A DNA stretch of 64,000 nucleotides from positions 37,696,001 to 37,760,000 of the forward strand of contig OZ024747.1 of assembly GCA_964016885.1 (NCBI GenBank), written 5' to 3'. The notes beneath the pieces were generated by a model, which had not been told where the DNA came from, made no database searches, and worked only from the letters and a program-made list of their open reading frames with translations. Positions 40,285 through 53,892 of the stretch are shown piece by piece. How positions within the stretch are numbered: position 1 is the first letter of the stretch; the number at the start of each line of letters is the position of its first letter. Both the position numbers and the translations under genes were made by a program. The DNA is from Eledone cirrhosa (taxonomy: Eukaryota).

Positions 40285-41509
40285 AAGTATCAGAAATAAG
40301 GTAGATTGAGGGGACGGGCGAGTTGGAATTGGAAAAAATGTCTAGATAAAAATAACAGGTCCATTCATGTTGACATCTCTTGCAAAACTGTTGGTGCTGG
40401 CGTTTTGTGTATGATTTATTTTTTAGAAAAGTGGATGATCAAGCGCGTTTACCTGAAATGGAAAAAAAAAACATACACATACAATGTACGAAGCCGAATT
40501 TTCGGCGTTTGAAACGCTGAGAATATATGTATCCTAAACGGACGGTAGTCCGTTTAGTAATATTGTTGTGGTCGTGATTTCGTTGGCAATCGTCTGTTTA
40601 CGACAGTACAGCGCGGCTCTACTTTATTTAACTGAGATAAAACTTATATGAGCATGAACAGTAGATCATTACGCATCTTTTGGCTTAAAAATCTAGAAAT
40701 TTGGTCCAGCGGGAAAAAGTTTATAATCAAAGTTTGCTGATAAATCTTGTGTTCAAGTGAGTGAGTAGTAAGCGTGACGCTAGGAGAGGTAATTACGAGG
40801 TAATTACAAGGGGAGGTAATTACGAGTCTCTCTCTATTATCTAATATATTTCAAATTGTATTGTTAACTAAATTCATTTATCATAGTCTAATATTTTAAA
40901 AATAGGTGAGTGCTCCACGATGATGACCCATGTCCCCGCCATGTGGAGGGGATGCTTAGGAGCCATCCAGATATCATGTGACCATTTTTGGTTCGCGGTG
41001 TCCACATGATATCTGGATGGCCCTTTATACTAATTAGTCATTTATCTGCATAAAAATTATGCCAGATCATTCTGATTATTGGCTTGAAATCTTTTACAAA
41101 ATTAGTATGAGCAACTAAGAGGTCATCAATAGAAATAGAATTATTTTTTGAAGTTTTCATGCACAGCATTTTTGGGGATTTTAAATAAAAGTTAATATCA
41201 TAATTCTTATTTTGTATACCCACATTGCAGACACAGAGAAACATGACAATCCTATATAAAGGTCGTAGACAGCAGTAGCAGTTTTTATCCGTAACACCAT
41301 TGAAATGCACAAGTTTCACCAATTCACTATTATACACTAATCATCTGAAATGCATTCATGATTTACTAGCTTTGTCATTAAGCCAGTTGCCTCAACTAGA
41401 TTGCAATTATACTCAAAAGAACTTTAAAATGTCAATCACTTGTCAGTAATTCACTATGATCATTTAATTATTAGATAGTTGTTGCTTGCATTGCCTTAAA
41501 AAATAGTAG

Positions 41510-42565
41510 ACCAGATAGAAAAATGCGTACAGCAAAAAAAAGTAATATTGTTGGAATATAAACCTTTAAAAATACAGGACAAGAAACTAAAATAAAACTT
41601 TAAAAGAATAGGACAAGAAACTAAGATAAAACTTTAAAGAATTGGACAAGAAATAAAAAATTTTACAATAATATTAGTGGTAAATTTTTTTTATTCGTTT
41701 CCTGTGCTATGCCCCAGTATCTTCTTGATTAGTGCATAATAATTGTCATGCTCTCATTGTGCGTTGCCCCTGAGCGGTTGGTTCTGGTTGGGGTTGGTTG
41801 GCTGAACAGTTCTGCTCCGTCAGAATGACCAGTGCAAGAAGAATTGGCTGATGCAGCTGCAGGTCTCCTCCAAGAATGCACTTCTGGTCCCGCAACACCA
41901 GACGAAGATGGAGAAGACGACCGGGACAAGATGTCGAATCTGACCACCGACTACGGCACCTCCCTCAACCACCGGTCCTCCCTCCTTCTGTCCCGTCATC
42001 CCTCCAGTCCTCCTGCTCCCCCTTCCTGTACCAGAAAGCTGTGGCACGCATTCATCTGGACTGCCGGACTTGAACTACTCAAGGACAAGATGCAAGGAGA
42101 AGATGGACAGGTTGGTCAAGATCAAGGATGGACGGGTTGGTCAAGATCAAGGTTGAGCGGGACGACAAGACCGTCCGCTGCTGCTCAAGATCTGTGCTCA
42201 TGGGCCCATGGGTCCATTCACATTATGCATGACACATGAGGCGTGTCGCCGAATGATGAAATAGGGGTATGGTTATGGCCCAATTGGTGTTCAAACCAGG
42301 ATCAAATGATCCCCCCCGGTCTGACGACGACCTCTGAATGTGGAACCCAGAGCCTATGAATGTAGAACTCGATTTTTTACCAATAAAAATTTTGGCACTA
42401 ATATTATTGTAAAATCTTTTATTTCTTGTCCAATTCTTTAAAGTTTTATCTTAGTTTCTTGTCCTATTCTTTTAAAGTTTTATTTTAGTTTCTTGTCCTG
42501 TATTTTTAAAGGTTTATATTCCAACAATATTACTTTTTTTTGCTGTACGCATTTTTCTATCTGGT
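41510..42565. mobile_element. Fold-back/MITE-like element: 170-bp inverted arms with ~31-bp subrepeats around a GC-rich core
   Basis: 41510-41679 is the reverse complement of 42396-42565; ggacaagaaa...aaactttaaa unit occurs about 3 times per arm. Confidence 0.75.
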
Positions 42566-42782
42566 ATATATATAAGTATGAAGAAAGTGCTTAAGCGCAG
42601 AAATGCTATAAAGATAGCTTATAAAATAGGGAGAAAACCCTTGAAAGTCCGCAAAATCTATTTCCGTTTTTGAAGGGTTTGCACCCTTTTATATAAGCTA
42701 GCTTATTAGCATTTCTGCGCTCGAGGACTTTCTGTATACTTACACACACACATACACACACACACACATATATATATGTATA

Positions 42783-43341
42783 CACGAGGGCTGGCTAAAA
42801 TGTTCATAGGATGACCACGAAGCAGTGATGCGAGAGCTATGAAATCTTGCATGCATTAATTTCAACTCTTCATATTAATAACTGCATAGTTTCTTTCCAT
42901 TGACTATGTTAAAAAATAAACCCCATTTGGTCATTCTATGAGAGTATCTTGGTCGGCTTATGAACGTTTCAGTTTATGAACCTTTCAGCCGAACGTCGAA
43001 TATCTCCCTGCTAATGCTTGACAATGAAGACAACAGTGGATACTTTCGACATTCTGAATTTCCTTTTTTTTATTCTTGTAATAGCCAGAACATTTCATTA
43101 GTATAGCTGCAGCTCTACCTATGACAATATTTGAATAACTATGAGGGTCGACTGAAAAGTATATATGCTGATCAAGATACTCTCTCGGAATTACCAAATG
43201 AGGTTTATTTTTCAACTTATTCCCTGGAAAGAAACAATTGGGTTATTAATAAGAAGCGTTCAAATTAATGCATGCAAGATTTCACAGCTCTAGCATCACT
43301 TCTTCATAATCGGCCTATGGACATTTCCGCCTACCTTCGTA
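42783..43341. mobile_element. Two ~200-bp mariner-type MITEs in opposite orientation (42783-43000, 43140-43341); third partial copy at about 7685-7825
   Basis: Termini ta(ca)cgaggg..ctgaaaagt / actt(t)tcag..cc(t)tcgta and shared core gaaatcttgcatgcattaattt. Confidence 0.7.
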
Positions 43342-44334
43342 TTTCGTAAAATGTCACCCCCATCACATAAATGAATCAATTACATCAAATTCCTTCATAG
43401 CATGACCCAAATTAATAAGTCTTCTTCAATGCTGCCCTCATTTACAGTGTACACAGAGAAGCAAAACTGCAAAACGAGCAACGTATATTGATGTACGTGT
43501 ATGCCTTTGAAAAATGAATGCTGAACTCATTTTAATCTGCATCTTAGCTCAATTTCACAAACATTTGACATTTACTGAAAATGTTTTGAAAATGTCATTA
43601 GAGTATCGTAAAATATCAACATTTTATTTGACATATTTTTATCTACTATACTTCCCATAAAATCTTTTGAATAGAGTTTTATTAAGTTTTCCGAAATTGT
43701 ATGTGCTTAACCTGATTCTGCTAGTCGATAACCAATACGATATGACGCAAATACAAAAATGCAACGTTTCTTTTGATTCCCTTCCAAACGCTTTCTTTTA
43801 AAATATTCTTCCCTTGTAATTTTAAATTCGAATGCATTGTCATTAAATGTCTCATGTTATATTAACCATATAACTGATGGCTACTGTCAACAAAACCTAA
43901 AACATTTGAATACTTAATGCGGGCATGGAACGAGTATTTCAGTTTATATTTAATTTCCTGCTCCCAAAAGACAGATAATGTCCATAACGATTTCTGATTT
44001 AGAGGCAAGGCCAACAATTTTACATTATACTGATATGAATTCAAATCCCCGCCGGGGTTAGCTTTGCCTTTTGTCATTACAGGAGTCGATAAAATAAAGT
44101 ACCAGTAACGAACTGATGTCGATTTAATCAACTTCCCGTCCCCCAAAATTGTTGGCCTTGTACCCAAATCAAATGAGTAAAGAATAAACGTATATATTTA
44201 TAGTCTACATAATCATATTTTTCTAATTAATCAAAGAGCGAAGCGCAAGATATGGCTAGTGCCCAAGAATTTATTCATATATATGCTAATATATGTGTTG
44301 TTTATGAAATAATATATAGTATTATTACATTAAT

Positions 44335-44521
44335 TGGTGGATTGGCAGTATCGGTAGAGGGTCGGACGCCATGCTTTCCAGCATAGTTACGTCCCTTTAC
44401 GATCTGAGTTCAAATCCCGCCGAGGTTGACTTTGCCTTTCATCCTTACGGGGTCGATAAAATAAAGTACCAGTAATGCACTGGGTAATTGCTGGCCTTGT
44501 GCCTAAAGTAGAAACAATTAT
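44335..44521 (+). mobile_element. tRNA-derived SINE with Nin/Deu-type central domain (representative copy)
   Basis: A-box-like tggcagtatcgg, B-box gagttcaaatcc, core gcctttcatccttacggggtcgataaaataaagtaccag. Other copies near 24308-24500(-), 38353-38540(-), 44030-44170(+), 44543-44643(-), 45310-45450(-), 46230-46400(-), 47160-47290(-), 49970-50030(+), 54280-54360(+), 54585-54800(+), 54820-54985(+), 55200-55525(-, two copies). Confidence 0.85.
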
Positions 44522-45736
44522 TACATTAATTTGTACTCAAAATAATTGTTTCTACTTTTGGCACAAGGCCAGCAATTATCCAGTACCTTACTGGTAGTTT
44601 ATTTTACCGACCCCGGAAGGATGAAAGGCAAAGTTAACCTCACGATATTGTTCTTGTTCAAAATTATATACAATTATAGTAATCTTCAAACAAAACGTTT
44701 CTTTTCGTACCAAACCCTCTCGGAAACGATTCCAATTATAACTATATATATTCTAGAACGAAGTCGACTTATAAATAAATATATACCTGTATTCTTTACT
44801 CATTTACCGGTTTACCGGTTTCAGTCTTTAGACTGTGGTCATGCTGGTGTATCGCCTTCAAGGGATTTAGTCGACCATAGGGATCCTTCATAGAACTTAT
44901 CTTTTGCAAGTCTGGCATATACTTTATCGATCTATTTTTGTAGAACTGATAAGCTACCAGCCATAGAAATGAATGAACTTAAAGATAGCAAAACAAACAC
45001 ACACGTACACAAACGACGGGTTTCCTCAGCTATTTATCAAATTTAATTCACAAGTTATATTAGAAGATGCTTGCCCAATGGACAACGTAGTGGAACTGAA
45101 TGCTAAACCACGTGGTTGCGTAGCGAACTCCTTACATATACAGCCACGCATAATTCTTGATGGACTCGTTGGGACATACGGCGTTTTGGAGGCACTTTAA
45201 GTCTGGCAGAGTCCATCCCTCTCCAGGCCTGAGTACAGTAGATTTCTTCCAAAGAAAGATAGAAAGTAAGAGAGAGGAAGTGAGAAAGAGAAAGAGAAAT
45301 ACAAGACGAATCAACCCCAGAACTAGACTGGTACTTTTTTATCGACCTCGAAAAGATGAAAGTTGACCTCGGCGAGATTTGAACTCTGAGAGCCAGAACG
45401 AATGCCACAGATACTATGTCCGGCATTCTCACGACTCTCCCAATTCGCCACCTTACATATATGGCTATATGTTATCATAATTCTGATTTTCTTAATGGAA
45501 ACTAGCAAGAGAACTCTATTGCATCTAAAACAAGTTTTGAATTGTAAAGTGATCCTGTCATAAATTAGCTTTATAACATAAAACTTTTTAAAATTAATTC
45601 GTCTCCCGTGCATATTTATGTCTCCGTCTTATATATATTTTACCGAAGGTAGTTCGAAAATTTATTTTATAGAAACATTTTATAGAAAATTCTGTGTGTG
45701 TATGTGCGCGCGCGCGCTTATCTATCTATTTGTCTG

Positions 45737-45797
<61 letters not shown>

Positions 45798-48700
45798 GAT
45801 ATACACATATACATATATACATATACATATATATATATACATATATACATGCATACACAGATACACACTTATTCAGCAACTCTAGTATGATATTAATGAA
45901 ATTTGACAACACCAGAATGGTATTGTTATCTTTATAATTTACGAAATTGAGCTGGAGATATGAATTAATTTCTAAAAAATAATTAAAAAATAATTCAACA
46001 ACGAACAAATAAAATTAACTAAACTTTCACTGTTTTACATTAATGTGTGCACAATTTTATGTATGGATCCTACTTAAAATGTTGCATATTAAGGTAAAAC
46101 AATTTTTGTAGCTCCATAAAATATTTTATTTCCATTGTTTGCCAACTGTTGATTCTTTCTTTAATAATTGTCATTATGTGGAACGGTCTTTACTGACATT
46201 GTTGGTAAATCTTCCTGAAAAGAAAAGAATGGTTTCTAGTTTTGGCACCATGCCAGCATTTTTGGAGAGGGGGTTAAGTCTATTAAATCGATCCCTCGTA
46301 CTTAACAGGTACATTTTTATTTTCGCACCCGAAAGGATGAAAAGCAAAGTTGACCTCGGCGGAATTTGAACTAAGGACGGAAAGAGACAGAAGAATACGG
46401 CTACACATTTGTCTGATGTTTTAATGATCCTTGCCTAGTAGCAAGGCTGTTTGACTTATCATAATGTCGTGGGATCGATTCCTAGACTTGGTTGTGTGTT
46501 GTGCTTTTGAACAAAACCTTTCATTTCACGATGCTCCACTACATTCAGCTGGAAATGAATACAAGAAATAGCTTCTGATTTAAACTTGCGAAGTCTTGTA
46601 CTCTCTGTCTCTTAAGGTCGCGAAACGAAGGGGGAGTATTGTACTCTTGTCTCTTAAGGTCGCGAAACCAGGATAGGCACTGGCTTCATGAGTCTCCGCG
46701 TTTGAAACAGACATTCGACTTAAACAATCCATCGTCCTTAGAAAGCGAAGAGGGAATGGAGTTTGAAGTTTTTATAAATAATCACGAAACTTGCCATTGT
46801 AAGCCACGAATGATTCTTTGTGTAGTGAAATGTATTTATTTGTTTATTCTGATTAGACAAATACTGATTAAAATAAACAGAAATGCAAACAATTTTGAGC
46901 AAATGAGTAAAGAATACAGGTATATACAGGTATATATTTATTTATAAACAGAAATGCAAACAATGTTTCATTAGAATTATATTCGTGCGTATTACCCCAC
47001 ACCCTAAAAAAAAGAAAAAAACAAAACAAAAACAAAACAGAAGCAAAACAAAAAAACATCAAAATAACCCCCCCCCCTCACCAAAAAAAAACAACAAAAA
47101 AACAAGGCATATTGCAGATTCTAAAGTAAGTCATGATACTGCTACTAATAATAATTTCTTCTTTAGGTATAAACCAACAATTTGAGGGGAGTGAAAAGTC
47201 GATTTTATCGATCCCATTACTTGACTGGTATTGTATTGGCCTTGGAAAGATAAAAGGCAAAGCTGACCTCAGTAGGGTTTGAACTAAAAACTTAAAGAAC
47301 TGCAACAAATATCATAAGGCATTTTCTTGATGCTTTCCTGGCTAGGAGATTATGTTTAAACCGGAATTTAAGGGTTTTCGATTTTCTTTATAACTTCATA
47401 GATATAAGTTTCCATCGTTTTAAATAAATATTTAAAATGGTAATTAAACAAAATGTGACATTTTCTTCTGTAAGCTTTTAGCTTTGACCTTTTTCCAGTC
47501 TACATGTTCAGATGTACTAAATGACATACGAAAAAAACATTCTTAATGTATTCAAACTTCCATTTTTATGTAGAGGAAGAAAAATATCTCGTGGTATTCG
47601 GTAGCGAATCACAAAAGAGGAGGCAATTTCAATAAATTAATTAAAATAACATAGAAATCTGATCGGTGCGAATGCTGTTTTTAATTTACTGAAATTGTCC
47701 CTCCTTTCCTTTGTGAGTCGCCAAGGAATGTCACAAGGTTTCGGTTTCTTCCTTCAAGTAGGGGCAAAATTTCAATTCATTAATAAATTTTTTTGCGTAC
47801 GTTATTCAATAAATGCATACATAGTTTGGTTTATATGATAAATTGTTTGATATACTCCCTACATAGCTGAATGTATTACAGTTTTTTCCCTGCATAAGAA
47901 TCATAGAAAATCCACCGGAAGGCTGAGACAATTAACCAAAATAACAATGGTATATTTCAGTGCTTTGAACATAGCCAAAATACACTGACGTATTTTTGCA
48001 TTTCTTATGTATCGAGATTATACCAATTACCTGATATTTTGAATGAGGCAAATTCGGCTAATAATTACTGTGAAAGAATACGACACTAACAAGACCAAGA
48101 ACAATAACAACAACAGCAAATAACAACAAATGAAAAGTGAATAATTTATACTGTAGTGGGGACAAAGATCCTAATTGAGTTTAACCAAACTTTAAGGCAT
48201 TCAAATAAATAAATAAAAATAAATTGATGTTTAACGTGCTAATGAAGGAGTAATCACGAGGTCTCCTTGACCTACTAGAAATAGTAGCGAGAACTTAAAG
48301 AATAGCCTACCGTCTCGAAAAAGGAAGAAAACAGTTGATAATGTAGTCCTCTGAAGAAAAATAGAAGAAAAGAAAGGCTGGTTACTGATAGAATGCATTC
48401 AATTTTAGAATATATTTGACCTTCGGCTAAACAACAAGATCAACAACAACGACATATTTTGACAGGCTGCACAATACATTTGTAGGTTTACGACCTCTAC
48501 ACGTCTGGCCACTTAGAAGCACTCAATTGCAACAATTTATTACTTTATAGTTCTACATACTGAACCTAGCTGCGACATCTTGGAAAACAAATAGCTACAC
48601 TTTTTACGTCTTCTTGCTTTTCTTGAAATTGTAATAAAGAGAGGAATGGAAGTAGAAAGCAAGGTTAAGAAAAAAGAAAATAGGCAATGAACTAAAAACA

Positions 48701-48837
48701 TAAAGTAAGGCAATAACAAAGAAAGAGAGAATGAGAGCGAGAGAGTGAATGAGAGAGAGAAAGAGAGAGAAAGAAAGAGTGAGAGACAATGTAAGCATAA
48801 AACAGGTTAAAAATATTACAAAAATTAAGAAATAAAA

Positions 48838-49255
48838 AACACACACATAAGACATACCACACATAACACGCACATACCACACACAAACATAACACGCACA
48901 TACCACACACAACACGGACATACACACACATACCACACACAACACACACATACCACACACAATACGCACATACACACACAAACCACACACAACACGCACA
49001 TACCACACACAACACACACATACCACACACAACACGCAGATACACACACACAACACGCACACACACACACATACCACACACAACACACACATACCACACA
49101 CAACACGGACATACACACACATACCACACACAACACACACATACCACACACAACACAGACATACGCACATAGCACACACACATAAAACGCACATACCACA
49201 CGCAACTCACACATGCACACACAATACGCACATAGCACACACAACATGCACATAC
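48838..49255. repeat. CA-rich minisatellite (cacataccacacacaaca-based 20/30-bp units)
   Basis: Repeated ataccacacacaacac units directly visible. Confidence 0.9.
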
Positions 49256-51143
49256 GCTCAGCAATAGAGGAAAGCATACATGCAGCCCAAAACAACAAAA
49301 ACAATAATACAATGACACAGATACATAACGGTACACAGGAAGAATAGGACTCCTAAAATACATACACAAACACATACGAATACATACAGTCGCCTAATGA
49401 ATAAAATAAATATATTTGAACATATACATGAATCTACAGTGATATGTAGGATAATAAAACAATATAGACATTTAAAAACAGAAAGCAAAAACGTTAGCAG
49501 ATACGTACAAAAATCAACTGAGAATTTTACACAAGAGCAATACACCAACACATGCACATATACAACCATTACACACACATTAATAACATGAAAAGAAAAG
49601 GTAGTAGTAGTAGTAGTAGTGATGGTGGTGGTAATAGTAGCAGCAGCAGCAATGGTTGAATAAAAAGAAGGAATATGATAAAAAGAAGAGCGATAGATGG
49701 AAAGAAGTAAGTAAATTGATAAAATCAATGGCTTTGTTATATTACTTACATTCTTTCTGTCTGTCTATCCCTTGCTCTCTCTGGAGTCGCACCCGATCAA
49801 TACATATCAAACTTTGAGTTGATCAATCGCGAAACGCGCGTCGCACCTCAATAAATATATATATAAACCAAGAAGAGTAACTTTAACCATTGAAGAGCTC
49901 ACAAGAGCCGTTAACTTAACTTTATATTTATCATTTGTTACAGTTCCATTCTGAAATGTTCATCTATTCCCTTTGCCTTTCTTCCTTTCGAGGTCGATAA
50001 AAAGTACCAGTCTAGTACTGGGGTCGATTCTTTCTCTCTCTGGAAGAAATCTGCTGTACTCAGGCCTGGAGAGAGATGGGCTCCGCCAACCTAAAAATGC
50101 CCAAGAAACGGCGCCCCTACGACACTATCAGGAGTTACGGGACCATACATACATACAATATGGCTGCCCCCTTGTTATCGAGTATGGCCATTGCACGATA
50201 TACTATTATTAATAATTATTAACTAATTCTATCGTGCACTGCCTGTGCGTGAAGATATTTTTTAAAGTGAGGAAAGACTGCACCGAGCCAATCCCACTCT
50301 CTGAGCGACAGTAGCTATAACCCGAAAAGAAGAAAAGATCAACATCATCGGTAACTACTGAGCCGCAGGTTTTATATCGGAGTTATCCCAGTTTCCTGAG
50401 TTGCCTTCTCCTAGAAGAATGCCCTGACAAAGGCTAGGGATCTTTCACTCCCAGGGGTTTAACCACGTGGTACATGTGTATATACATATTTACACACTTT
50501 TGGATGGCCGTTGACTCTTATGAGTTCTTCCGCCCTTTGTCAGGTTTTGTTTTTTGTCCTGCAGGGTGTCCACAATCACCCCCCTCACCAAGTAAACTTG
50601 GTGGGGTTGCCGGTTTAGTCACCGGCGACCCGACCATGCGACAAGTTGCACTAGGTTACATGTTACCACTAGCACTCAAGAGTGACCCGACATATACATA
50701 CATACATACATACATACATACATACATACATACATACATTTATATATATATAATGTTACGAAGGAGAATGTAAAGTCAATCATCAGCTGCAAATGGTATC
50801 ACTCGAATTCGATTCACTGTTCCCTAGATCTACAAAAGAAAGCGAGGAAGAACAAACAATGACTGATTTGAAACATGATGCACGGTTTTTGTGCGTTTTA
50901 CTGGAGGTAGACTATTTAAGCCGGTGAGGTTAGCATGATAAAGATAGTCGGCTTGAACCCTGGCGGTCAAGAACAATATTTCACAAGACAACCAGCTTGG
51001 TGTGTTCTATTTCTTCAGTTCTTAGCAAGTTGATTAGCTGGGCAGGCTTGCAGTTTCCCAGTGCTGAATTGGGGCTGCCGGAGCCGTGTTGTATTAATAG
51101 TTCGAGATGACATTTTGCAACCACCACAACACACACACACACA

Positions 51144-51194
<51 letters not shown>

Positions 51195-51737
51195 GCGCAC
51201 ACACACACACACAGACACTCACACACCCACATCGAATGTTTCTTTCGAATTTGTTCTTAGATATTTGTTTTTTTAATGTTATGTATCACATCAGATTTGA
51301 GGTCAGCTCAACTGATCATATTGACAAAAATTCTAAGTTTATAGCATAGCTCAGCATTGTATGTTTTCTGTCAGTAAAGAAGAGAGACAAAATACAAACA
51401 TACAAATGTCTCAGAGGAAAAACAAATACACACTCACACAAACATACAGAAAAAAAAAATGAAATAACGTGGAATATACGAACACCGACTGCACATTGAA
51501 AGTTGTAAGGTATTATTCATTGTAAATATTAAGCTGTCAGTTACATCTGCAATCAGTTCCATCTGGTTTCTGTTATCTTACATTCTCTTTCTCTTTACCT
51601 TTCACTTAAGCTGTTTGTTTCTCCCTCTATATCCCCAAACAAATACACACACACATATACATACATACATTGACACCCCCTCCGAAAACTGACACTGACT
51701 CACACAATGACACTTAAATACACACACACACACACAC

Positions 51738-51778
<41 letters not shown>

Positions 51779-51845
51779 TGCAAAAGGTAAACAGAAATAA
51801 CAAATCAAACGACAGTACAATGAAGAACTATATTAGTTTAATGTT

Positions 51846-51990
<145 letters not shown>

Positions 51991-51996
51991 TATACA

Positions 51997-52130
<134 letters not shown>

Positions 52131-52249
52131 CATATATATATACATATATATATATATACATATATACATATATGTATAAGAGGAGAGATAAACACATGTA
52201 CATATATCTCACATACACGTACACACCCGCTTCACAAACGAACCTAGGG

Positions 52250-52640
52250 AGGTAATTGGTTTACACTCCTTCTCCTTTAATGTCCAAATTAAGTTCTTAG
52301 CTCCACTAGAGACACACACTTCCTTCTAGCCATGTATATAGAAGATCTAGTAGGACTTGCAATCGCAGTTTTAAATACCGCTTCCTAAACCACGAAGCTA
52401 GCCTTCAGATACACAGACCACAGAAAAAATCCCTAGCTCGCCAACCACATCTGCGAATTGAAAACCACAACACAAATTTCTCCTTCAAATGAAAAAATAC
52501 ACGAAAGATCCAGAGCTTATGCCAATGGGTCCCAAACTCCAACACCTTCAAATCCAGGGCCAATTCCTTTAATCTTTGCACCATCTTATTTAATTCATTC
52601 TTAAACTATGAAATATACCACCTACATCAAGGGAGCATGC
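52250..52640 (+). pseudogene. Decayed PLE GIY-YIG C-terminal relic (family E)
   Basis: Fragments FKYRFLNHEASL, LANHICELKT, AYANG and NLC follow the FKxRxxNH...LxxxIWxLK...CxLC pattern of PLE endonucleases. Confidence 0.6.
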
Positions 52641-53757
52641 CAGCCGCATTGATTATTCCCCATCTTCACGAGCAGTAACTCATCATATATGGATATGGTA
52701 TGTTTTCCCCCACACTTAACTATGCAGACACTCTACAACACACCCAACCTGTACTAACGTTTCTCGGTAACTCTTTTGCACTACTTCTTACATCGTCTTA
52801 TAGACCACCTTTCTAATATTAAGCATACAGCACTACTTTCACACATATATCACACTCTATATGTCTTCATTTTACATTCAAGGCTATCACGTTCCCCTAT
52901 TAATTTCAGCACCCTTGTGTGAATGTATACATCTGCGCTCTCCGTATATCGACACACACACACACACACACGCACGCCACACTCACTCACTCACTCACTC
53001 ACTCACTCACTCACTCACTCACTCACTCACTCACTCACTCACTCACTCACTCACTCACTCACCTGTCTGCTTATCCATCTACCGACCTGTCTGTCTACTT
53101 ACCTACATACATACTTGCATACCTACTTATTCATTTCTCTATCTATCTATTTACATATCTATTCTAATCTAATCTCTCCTCTTCTATTTTATTGATGTAT
53201 TGATTGATTGATCAGCAAGTTATCTCTGCTGATGTAATTTTAATCAGAGAAATTTAACCCTCAAAAGTACTGGAAGATTGCTTTCTACGCAATTACCAGC
53301 ATCACAACCATTGTCATCATTAATGTGCATACGTGTGTATAATACATTCACATTCAAACACAGAGACCTACTCATACATAAACATATGTTTGCAATTAGA
53401 CATACACACACACATAGACTTATATTCACACATAGACATATATTTACAATTATACATATACTCATACATAAACATATATTCATAGTTCATAACATATATT
53501 CACATATTTACACATAGACATATATTTACACATAGACATATATACTCAATTAGGTATATATTCACAATTAGACATATAATCACACATAGACAAATAATCA
53601 CAACTTATATACACATATATACGTACGTCAATAATCACGCACAAACGCGCTAATGCTTGTCTGTAACCTGAAGCAAAGACACATCTAGACGTAGATAAAA
53701 CAAATACGTTTTTTTTTTACGTATAGTTTGTTAAACATCGGCACAGCAAAAAAGACA

Positions 53758-53892
53758 ATGAATAATTCACAGAAAGATATTCTGAGAACATACGCAGGAT
53801 TCCTGGCTCAAAATATTATATGGACGAAGGATTTATGCAAGGAGATGGTCTGCCAAGATCTTCTTACCAATTCCATGATGGAGGATATTGAA
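53758..53892 (+). CDS. Probable host coding exon: N-terminal half of a CARD domain (caspase-2/CRADD-like)
   Basis: MNNSQKDILRTYAGFLAQNIIWTKDLCKEMVCQDLLTNSMMEDIE ends at a phase-0 GTAAGT donor (53893). Polypyrimidine/AG acceptor ends at 53726. Pattern fits CARD helices 1-3. Confidence 0.72.

Noticed and set aside
44335-44420. tRNA gene
   Set aside because: A/B-box head of a multi-copy SINE; no complete cloverleaf and it continues into the SINE core.
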